This document shows, piece after piece, positions 56,578 through 64,000 of a DNA stretch of 64,000 bases (position 1 is the stretch's first letter; every line of letters begins with the position of its first letter). Origin of the DNA: Candidatus Limnocylindria bacterium. GTDB lineage: Bacteria > Chloroflexota > Limnocylindria > P2-11E. The stretch covers positions 16,402 through 80,401 of the forward strand of contig JBGPKU010000005.1 of NCBI GenBank assembly GCA_041486085.1, in the 5' to 3' direction. The position numbers were made by a program, and so were the translations under genes. Below the pieces are notes generated by a model. It ran no database searches, was not told where the DNA came from, and was given only the letters and a program-made list of their open reading frames with translations.

Positions 56578-59500
56578 ATGACGAAGACGAGCCGGGGCGT
56601 GAGCGCGCTCGAAACGGAGCTTGCGCGCGCGCGCGAGCAGCAGTCCGCTCTGGCGGACGTCCTCCGAACGATGAGCCGCGCGCCGTATGAGCTCGGACCG
56701 ACGCTCGGAACGATCCTCGAGCACGCGACGCGCCTCTGCAACGCGAGCAAGGGCTACATCTACATCCTCGAGAACGGCCTGTATCGCATGGTCCAAGCGA
56801 CCGGTATCGAGGACGACTTCTTCCGCTGGGCGCAGGATCATCCGCTCCAGCCCGGCGACCCGGGCAAGGCCTCGACGCGCGCGGCGACACTCGGCAAGCT
56901 GGTCCACATCCCCGACGTGCTGAACGATCCCGAATACACGTTCTACGAGGCGCAGCAGCGCGGGAACTTCCGCTCGATCCTGTGCGTGCCCCTCATGCGC
57001 GACGGAGTCGCCGTCGCCGTCATTTCGATGTGGCGCACGGTCCAGCAGCCGTTCACCGAGAGCGAGATCGCGCTGCTGTCGACCTTCGCGGATCAGGCGC
57101 TGATCGCGATCGAGAACGTCAGGCTCGCGAAGGAGACGAAGGAGTCGCTCGAGCGTCAGACCGCGACCAGCGAGATCCTCGAGTCGATAAGCCAGACACG
57201 GGGCGACGTCCAGCCGGTCCTTCAGACGATCGTCGAAGCCGCAGTGCATCTGTGCCGAGGGGACCACGCGGGCTTTTTCCGGCGCGACGGCGATCACTTG
57301 GTGCTCGAGGCGACGACCGGCGACTGGCACGGCGTCGTCAAGCCGGGTTTTCGGGGCCAGCTCGCGCGCATGGCATTCGCGGGCTTGGCGATCATCGAAG
57401 AGCGCACCCAGCATGTTCGGGACGTCCTGGATCCGGACACGGTCGCTCGTTACCCCGGCTTCGTGGACCGCGCCAGCGAGCACGGCTGGAGCAGGTCGCG
57501 CCTCGCCGTGCCCGTGTTCCAGCGCGGCACGGTGGTGGGCGTGATCTGGCTAGGCCGCAAAGAGGCCGGGGGGTTCACGGACCGGCAGATCGAGCTGGTG
57601 GAATCGTTCGGGGCGCAGGCCGCCATCGCCATCGAGAACGTCGCGCTCTTCAACGAGACGAATGAATCGCTCGAGCGGCAGACCGCCCTCGCCGAGGTCC
57701 TGAAGGCGATCGCCGCGTCGCCCACGGCCGTCGAGCCGGTCCTCGACGCGATCGCCGAGAACGCCGCTCGGTTCTGCGGCGCCGAGGACGTCTCCGTCCT
57801 CATGGTGCGCGGCAACGAGATGGCTGTCGTCGCGCACCACGGCCCGATCCCATCCTCGGTCGCCATACTCCGGCTGGAGCGCGACTCGATCGCCGGCGAC
57901 GCGGCGCTCGAACGAAAAACGGTCCACGTGGCCGATATCACCGGCCCGGAAGGCGAGCGCTACGCGCAGGCACGGACGCGCGCCGCCGGAACGGGACACC
58001 GCGGATTGCTCGGCACGCCACTGATCCGCGACGGCGTCGCCATCGGAGCGATCCTCCTGCGCAAGCTCGACCCGTCGGGATTCGACTCAAAGCAGATCAA
58101 GCTCGTGGAAGCCTTCGCCGACCAGGCGGTCATCGCGATCGAGAACGTGCGCCTGTTCAACGAGACGAGGGAGTCGCTCGAGCGGCAGACTGCGGTGAGC
58201 GAGATCCTCGAAGTGATGTCACGGTCGCCCGAGGACCTTCAGCCGGTTCTCGATGTGATCGCCCGGAGCGCCCGGCAGTTTTGCGCGGCCGAGGACGCAA
58301 TGATCATCGTGGCGGAGCGCGGTCGCATCTCCGCCAGTGCCCACGACGGGCCGGTCGCATTCATGAGCAGCAACGAGCCCCTAGGCCGGGATCTGCCCGC
58401 CACACGGGCGGTCGTCGATGCCCAGACGATCCACATCCCGGACATGCAGACCGTTGAGGGCGACGACTTCGCTGCCGCGAGGCGACTCGCGGAGCGTTAC
58501 GGAATCCACTCCGTGCTGGCGACGCCGATGCTCCACGACGGCGCCGCGATCGGCTCGATCACGCTGCGCCGCAAAGAGGTCCGTCCATTCACCGACGTGC
58601 AGATTGGCCTGCTTCGCACCTTCGCTGATCAGGCCGTGATCGCCTTTGAGAACGTGCGCCTCTTCAACGAGACGAAGGAGAGCCTTGAGCGCCAGACCGC
58701 GGTCAGCGAGATCCTCCGCGTGATCTCGGAGTCGCCGACCGACGTGCAGCCGGTGCTCGACGCCATCGCCGCGAACGCACTGCGTTTCTGCTCGGCTGAG
58801 AACGCCATCGTCGTGCTGCGGCGGGGCGACACACTCGACCCGGTCGCGACGAGCGGTCCAGCCCGCCCTGCGCCCTTCCCGCTGGACCGCGAGACCGTCA
58901 TCGGGCGATCGGTCGTCGATCGACGCACGCACTCGGTCGTGGACCTCCGTGCGGAGGGCGACGACTACGCCCGCGGAAAGTCGCAATCGGCGATCTACAA
59001 CGAGCGGACGGTCATCGGCACGCCGCTGCTGCATGAGGGCGAGGCGATCGGCGGAATCGTCCTCTGGCGGACCGAGGTCCGACCGTTCAGCGAGCGCCAG
59101 ATCGAGCTCGCGGAGACGTTCGCCCGGCAGGCTGTGATCGCGATAGAGAACGTGCGCCTCTTCAACGAGACGAAGGCCGCGTTGGAGCAGCAGACCGCGG
59201 TCGGCGACGTGCTGAGGACAATCAGCCAGACGGCCTTTGATCTCCAAGCGGTCTTCGACGTCGTCGTCGACAACGCGCGACAGCTCTGCCGCGGCGACTT
59301 CGGCTACCTGTTCCGGCGAGAGGGCGACACGTTTCAGATGACCGCATCGTCGGGCGGAACGCAGGAGCTCGTGGAGTACGAGCGCGCGCATCCCACGCCC
59401 ATGGACCCGACGACGCTCATCGGCCGCACGGCGCTGGCGCGTGCGACCGTCCACATCCCGGATTTTTTCACCGAGCCCGGCTACAGCTGGCAGATCAACA

Positions 59501-62500
59501 TCGAGAGCGGCGTGCACACTGGCCTGGCCGTTCCGATCTTTGGTGCGGGTGAGGTCGTCGCGGTCATCGGCGTCGCACGATTCGAAGTGAGCCCGTTCAC
59601 CGGCGACGAGATCCGGCTCGTCGAGACTTTCGCAGATCAGGCCGCGATCGCGATGGAGAACGCGCGCCTCTTCGGCGAGACCAAGGAGTCCCTCGAGCAG
59701 CAGACCGCGCTCGCCGAGGTGCTGGGCACGATCAGCCAGTCGGCCTTCGACCTCGACACCGTCCTTCAAACCATCGCGGACCGGGCCGCGACGCTCGTCG
59801 GCGCGCAACGCGCGACGATCTCCGCGCGAGATGGAGCGCACGCGGTCGTACGTGCGGTCACCGGTCACGCGCGGGACGGACTAGACGTCGGAGCCCGCTT
59901 TTCCATCGACGACGGAACGCTCGTCGGTCGCGCGTTCAACGATGGCGAGCGCCACTACGTGGCGGACACGCGTCTGGCCCCGGAGCTGCCCCAGGGCGGC
60001 ACGCTCTCCCGTCTGATCATCCCGTTCAAACGAGACGGGCGCGTCACGGGCGTACTCGCGACCGCGCATGCGGACGCGAACGCGTTCTCCGAGCGCGAGG
60101 TACAGGTCCTCCAGGTGTTCGCCGACCAGGCCGCCATCGCGATCGAGAACGTGCGCCTCTTCAACGAGACGAAGGAATCGCTGGAGCAGCAGCGCGCGAT
60201 CAGCGAGATCCTGCAGGTGATCTCGAGCTCACCGACCGATATCCAGCCAGTGCTCGACGCGATCGCGCGGAACGCCGCTCGCTACTGCGCCGCTGAGGAC
60301 TGCGGCGTCGCGCTGGTACGCGAGGACGGCCTGCTCGAGCAGGTCGCGCAATACGGGCCGATCAGTAGACGCCTCGCGCCGTGGCCGGTCGATCGAGGAT
60401 CGGTGCGCGGGCGCGCGATCGTCGAGCGGCGCGTGATCCACGTACCGGACATGCTTGCGGAGAGCCCGGACGAGTACGCGATCGGCTTCAGCCGCGCCCG
60501 CGAGCTCGGCCAGCGGTCGATACTCGCCGCGCCGCTGCTTCGCGAGGGGGTGCCGCTCGGCGCCATCGCGCTGCGGCGCACGGAGATGAAGCCGTTCACC
60601 GAGAAGCAGATCGCGCTTCTCCGCACATTCGCCGACCAGGCCGCGATCGCCATCGAGAACGTCCGGCTCTTCAACGAGACGAAGGAGTCGCTCGAGCAGC
60701 AGACCGCCGTTGCAGGCGTGCTCGAGGTCATCAACGCGGCCGGCTTCGACCAGCAGCCCGTCCTGCAGGAGCTCGTCGATCGCGCCACGCTGTTGTGCGA
60801 AGCGCGGTCCGCATCGATCAGCCTCTGGGACGGTGAGGTCTACGCGACCCGCGCCTGGACGGCCTCCGACGTGCCCGCCGGATACGCCGATCACATGCGC
60901 GCTGAACGGCGGGTGCCCGAGCGAGGCACGCTCATCGGGAGGACGGCGCTCGAGAGACGCACGGTCCACATCCAGGACGTGCTGAAGGATCCGGAGTACA
61001 CGCTCACCGACCTCCAGAAGGTCGCGGGGTTTCGCACTCTGCTCGGCGTCCCGCTGATGCGCGATGGCTTCCCCATCGGCGTCTTCGGCCTCGACCGCAG
61101 CGACGCGCGCCCGTTCACCGCTCGCCAGATCCAGCTCGTCGAGACCTTCGCCAAACAGGCCGTGATCGCGATCGAGAACGTGCGCCTCTTCAACGAGACG
61201 AAGGAGTCGCTGGAACGGCAGACCGCAACGGCCGAGATCCTGCGCGCCATCTCGGCATCGCCCACCGACGTTCAACCGGTGCTCGATGCGATCGCCGCGA
61301 ATGCCGTTCGCTACTGCGGCGCGGAGGATGCCGCGATCCATCTGCTCCGCGATGGCCTGATAACCGGTTGGGCGCACGCCGGTCCGGTCGATGAGAGCGA
61401 GCATGACGCCAAGGTGATGGCGCGCTCGCCCGCCGAGCGCCAGATTGCCATCCGGCGTGATCGGGTCCAGGGCCGGGCCATCATCGACCGCGTCACAATC
61501 CACATCCCCGATGTGCAGGACCCCGCGACGGTCGCGGACTTCCCGGATGCTCTCGGTCACGGTCGGGCCGCAGCACTGCCCCTCCGCGCAGCACTGGTGA
61601 CCCCCCTGCTGCGGCATGAGGACGCGATCGGCACGATCATGCTGCGGCGCAAGGCACCGGGCCCGTTCACCGCCGAACAGATCGCGCTCGTCGAGACGTT
61701 CGCGGCGCAGGCGGTCATCGCCATCGAGAACGTCCGCCTCTTCAACGAGACGAGGGAAGCCCTCGAGCGTCAGACGGCGACGAGCGAGCTGCTCGGAGCC
61801 ATGAGCCAGAGCGCGTTCGATCTGGGACCGGTGTTCGAGATGGTGCTCGACAAGTCGCTCGCGCTCTGTCATGCGCAGTACGGGTGGATCCACGAATACG
61901 CCGACCACGATCAAACGGTGCACAACGTCGCGGCGAAGATGTCCGAGTCGATGGCACCGATCGGCGGTCAAGGCGAGTGGTGGCGGCCGTCTGAGCGGTC
62001 GGTCGTGGGTCGGGTCTGCCGCGAACGGCGGACGGTGCACGTCGCGGATGTCACAGCCGATCCAGCGTTCGCCCAATCGACCGCGATCATCTCCAACGGC
62101 GCCCGCACCGCATTGGGCGTTCCACTGCTGCGGGGTGACCATCTGCTCGGCGCGATCATCATCGTGCGCACCGAGGTCCGTCCGTTCGAGCCGCGCGCGG
62201 TCGAGCTGGTCGAGTCGTTCGCCAAACAAGCCGTGATCGCGATCGAGAACGTCCGCCTCTTCAACGAGACGACGGAGTCGCTCGAGCGCCAGACCGCGAC
62301 GGCCGAGGTCCTCAAGGTCATCAGCAGCAGCGCGTTCGATCTGCCGCGGGTCCTCGACACCGTGATCAGCCACGCGACGCGGCTCAGCGCCGCTGAGGCC
62401 GGCTTCGTGTATCAGGCCGACGGCGAGTTCCTGCGAATGAGCTCCGCCTTCGGCGAGCGCGCCGAGCTCATGCGCGAGTGGCAGCGGGAGCATCCGATCC

Positions 62501-64000
62501 GGGTGGACTATCTTGGCTCCTCGACCGGCCGCGCCTTCAGCGAGAAGCGCACGGTCCACATCCCAGATGTGCTGGCGGACGACAGCTATACCTATCGCGA
62601 GGCACAGGAGCTCGGTCGCTTCCGCACGCTCCTGTCGGTGCCGCTCCTTCAACAGGGTCGTGCCATCGGCGTCATCGCGCTCTGGCGCACGGTGGCGCGG
62701 TCGTTCGGCGCCGAGGAGATCGCCCTGGTGGAAAGCTTCGCCGATCAGGCGGTCATCGCGATCCAGAACGTCCGCTTCTTCGAGGAGACCCGCACCGCAC
62801 TCGAGCGGCAGACCGCGGTGAGCGAGGTGCTCAAAACGATCAGCAGCACCGTGTTCGACCTGGAGCCGACGCTGCAGACGGTCATGGAGAACGCTGCGCG
62901 CCTGTGCGACGCCGACATCGCATGGATGATGCATCGCGACAGCGACAGCGTCGACATCCGCGGTGGGTTCCGGTACGCCCGCACGCCAGAGCTCTTGGAC
63001 CTGCTCGGCCCCTCGCGCGGCCCTGTGACGCCGGCGATGAGGAGTAGCGGCGACTGGCCCCAGTCCGTGATAGGGCGCGTGTACGCGGCGGGCCGCACCA
63101 TCAACGTCGACGATGCCGAGGCGGACGCCGAGCTCTACCGGGCGTCCCACCGCGTGCGGGAGACGGGCAGCCGGTCCATCCTCGCTGTGCCGGTGCTGAC
63201 GGACGGCCAGGTCGGCGAGGTGATGGTGCTGTCGCGGCGGACGGTCCGACCGTTCACCGAGCGCGAGGTCGCGCTGGTGGAGACATTCGCGGACCAAGCC
63301 GCCATCGCGATCAAGAACGTGAAGCTGTTCACGGAGATCCAGCAGAAGGGCCGCGAGCTCGAGGTCGCGAATCGCCACAAGAGCGAGTTCCTCGCGAACA
63401 TGAGCCACGAGCTCAGGACGCCACTCAACGCGATCATCGGGTTCACTGAGGTGCTCCTGCAGGGGATCTTCGGACCACTGAACGAGAAGCAGCGTGAGTA
63501 CCAGGACGACGTCCTCACTTCGGGCAAGCACCTGCTCACGCTGATCAACGACATCCTCGATCTGTCCAAGATCGAGGCCGGGCGGATGGAGCTCGAGCCC
63601 ACCACGTTCACGATGGCGGCGGCGCTCGACAGCGGCTTCACGATCGTCCGCGAGCGCGCGGCGCGCCATGGCATCGTGCTGCGGGCCGACCTCCCGAGCG
63701 ATCTGCCGCCGGTCGAGGCGGACGAACGCAAGGTGAAGCAGATCCTCTACAACCTGCTCTCGAACGCCGTGAAGTTCACGCCCGACGGTGGCCGGGTCGA
63801 TGTGCTCGCGACGGCACAGGACGGCGAGATGCGCGTCGACGTCATGGACACGGGCATCGGCATCGCCCGCGACGATCAAGCCAAGGTGTTCGAGGAGTTC
63901 CGTCAGGTCGGCCGCGAACGGTCTCGCGAGGGCACCGGTCTCGGACTCACCCTGACCAAGCGGTTCGTCGAGCTCCACGGCGGCCGCATCTGGCTCGAGA
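56578..64000 (+). CDS. Giant cytoplasmic sensor histidine kinase with 13 tandem GAF domains, truncated at the window edge
   Basis: The frame is open from ATG 56578 to the window end (>2470 codons). Thirteen repeats end in FADQAVIAIENVRLFNET-like motifs. They are followed by KSEFLANMSHELRTPLNAIIGF, NLLSNAVKFT, DTGIGI and GTGLGL. Confidence 0.93.
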   Translation, partial: MTKTSRGVSALETELARAREQQSALADVLRTMSRAPYELGPTLGTILEHATRLCNASKGYIYILENGLYRMVQATGIEDDFFRWAQDHPLQPGDPGKASTRAATLGKLVHIPDVLNDPEYTFYEAQQRGNFRSILCVPLMRDGVAVAVISMWRTVQQPFTESEIALLSTFADQALIAIENVRLAKETKESLERQTATSEILESISQTRGDVQPVLQTIVEAAVHLCRGDHAGFFRRDGDHLVLEATTGDWHGVVKPGFRGQLARMAFAGLAIIEERTQHVRDVLDPDTVARYPGFVDRASEHGWSRSRLAVPVFQRGTVVGVIWLGRKEAGGFTDRQIELVESFGAQAAIAIENVALFNETNESLERQTALAEVLKAIAASPTAVEPVLDAIAENAARFCGAEDVSVLMVRGNEMAVVAHHGPIPSSVAILRLERDSIAGDAALERKTVHVADITGPEGERYAQARTRAAGTGHRGLLGTPLIRDGVAIGAILLRKLDPSGFDSKQIKLVEAFADQAVIAIENVRLFNETRESLERQTAVSEILEVMSRSPEDLQPVLDVIARSARQFCAAEDAMIIVAERGRISASAHDGPVAFMSSNEPLGRDLPATRAVVDAQTIHIPDMQTVEGDDFAAARRLAERYGIHSVLATPMLHDGAAIGSITLRRKEVRPFTDVQIGLLRTFADQAVIAFENVRLFNETKESLERQTAVSEILRVISESPTDVQPVLDAIAANALRFCSAENAIVVLRRGDTLDPVATSGPARPAPFPLDRETVIGRSVVDRRTHSVVDLRAEGDDYARGKSQSAIYNERTVIGTPLLHEGEAIGGIVLWRTEVRPFSERQIELAETFARQAVIAIENVRLFNETKAALEQQTAVGDVLRTISQTAFDLQAVFDVVVDNARQLCRGDFGYLFRREGDTFQMTASSGGTQELVEYERAHPTPMDPTTLIGRTALARATVHIPDFFTEPGYSWQINIESGVHTGLAVPIFGAGEVVAVIGVARFEVSPFTGDEIRLVETFADQAAIAMENARLFGETKESLEQQTALAEVLGTISQSAFDLDTVLQTIADRAATLVGAQRATISARDGAHAVVRAVTGHARDGLDVGARFSIDDGTLVGRAFNDGERHYVADTRLAPELPQGGTLSRLIIPFKRDGRVTGVLATAHADANAFSEREVQVLQVFADQAAIAIENVRLFNETKESLEQQRAISEILQVISSSPTDIQPVLDAIARNAARYCAAEDCGVALVREDGLLEQVAQYGPISRRLAPWPVDRGSVRGRAIVERRVIHVPDMLAESPDEYAIGFSRARELGQRSILAAPLLREGVPLGAIALRRTEMKPFTEKQIALLRTFADQAAIAIENVRLFNETKESLEQQTAVAGVLEVINAAGFDQQPVLQELVDRATLLCEARSASISLWDGEVYATRAWTASDVPAGYADHMRAERRVPERGTLIGRTALERRTVHIQDVLKDPEYTLTDLQKVAGFRTLLGVPLMRDGFPIGVFGLDRSDARPFTARQIQLVETFAKQAVIAIENVRLFNETKESLERQTATAEILRAISASPTDVQPVLDAIAANAVRYCGAEDAAIHLLRDGLITGWAHAGPVDESEHDAKVMARSPAERQIAIRRDRVQGRAIIDRVTIHIPDVQDPATVADFPDALGHGRAAALPLRAALVTPLLRHEDAIGTIMLRRKAPGPFTAEQIALVETFAAQAVIAIENVRLFNETREALERQTATSELLGAMSQSAFDLGPVFEMVLDKSLALCHAQYGWIHEYADHDQTVHNVAAKMSESMAPIGGQGEWWRPSERSVVGRVCRERRTVHVADVTADPAFAQSTAIISNGARTALGVPLLRGDHLLGAIIIVRTEVRPFEPRAVELVESFAKQAVIAIENVRLFNETTESLERQTATAEVLKVISSSAFDLPRVLDTVISHATRLSAAEAGFVYQADGEFLRMSSAFGERAELMREWQREHPIRVDYLGSSTGRAFSEKRTVHIPDVLADDSYTYREAQELGRFRTLLSVPLLQQGRAIGVIALWRTVARSFGAEEIALVESFADQAVIAIQNVRFFEETRTALERQTAVSEVLKTISSTVFDLEPTLQTVMENAARLCDADIAWMMHRDSDSVDIRGGFRYARTPELLDLLGPSRGPVTPAMRSSGDWPQSVIGRVYAAGRTINVDDAEADAELYRASHRVRETGSRSILAVPVLTDGQVGEVMVLSRRTVRPFTEREVALVETFADQAAIAIKNVKLFTEIQQKGRELEVANRHKSEFLANMSHELRTPLNAIIGFTEVLLQGIFGPLNEKQREYQDDVLTSGKHLLTLINDILDLSKIEAGRMELEPTTFTMAAALDSGFTIVRERAARHGIVLRADLPSDLPPVEADERKVKQILYNLLSNAVKFTPDGGRVDVLATAQDGEMRVDVMDTGIGIARDDQAKVFEEFRQVGRERSREGTGLGLTLTKRFVELHGGRIWLE

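Noticed and set aside
57100-63330. Regularly spaced ~35-nt repeats (GCGATCGAGAACGTGCGCCTCTTCAACGAGACG) resembling a CRISPR or array
   Set aside because: The spacing is ~500 bp and in frame. They encode GAF linker helices, and no cas genes are present.
56578-63330. GAF domains as bilin-binding photoreceptors (cyanobacteriochrome-like)
   Set aside because: I saw no DXCF/DIP or CH chromophore motifs. The Cys in RFC/RLC is at a different, structural position.
60229-63978. 1249-aa minus-strand ORF, plus 58381-59868 and 56551-57483
   Set aside because: These are antisense shadows of the multi-GAF kinase. Their periodicity mirrors the plus-strand repeats and they contain no protein motifs.

Overview
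This is a high-GC bacterial chromosomal segment. Its gene repertoire suggests Chloroflexota, possibly Limnocylindria-like, but that is inference only. From left to right it contains: (1) a glucosyl/mannosyl-glycerate sugar cluster with a PAP2-GH38 fusion, DedA, a Ggs-type GT2, a GDE-like glycosidase, a GT4 and a USP-GpgS fusion; (2) a pantothenate/CoA cluster (panC, MFS, panE, panB with a pan-motif-like leader RNA, coaBC, coaX, coaD); (3) an OmpR/MprA-type two-component system divergent from a five-gene operon that encodes a Tat-exported 4x[4Fe-4S] protein, an NrfD-type membrane protein and three unknown exported proteins, with no recognisable catalytic subunit and two TCTCAG-N5-TCTCAG boxes upstream (my best candidate for an undescribed system); (4) pirin, hutI and a frameshifted formiminotransferase; (5) a cyclase, Ser/Thr kinase and cNMP-binding protein; (6) a GNAT plus NSAR/OSBS pair; (7) palindromic repeat elements, an aquaporin, a cupredoxin and a 1304-aa extracellular nuclease; (8) tRNA-Lys(UUU) followed by two stacked IS481-family elements and small accessory genes; (9) housekeeping genes including pyrE, eda, GH15 and add; and (10) a >2470-aa histidine kinase with 13 tandem GAF domains that runs off the right edge. 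No CRISPR array or rRNA was seen. All calls come from manual motif reading, with no database searches.
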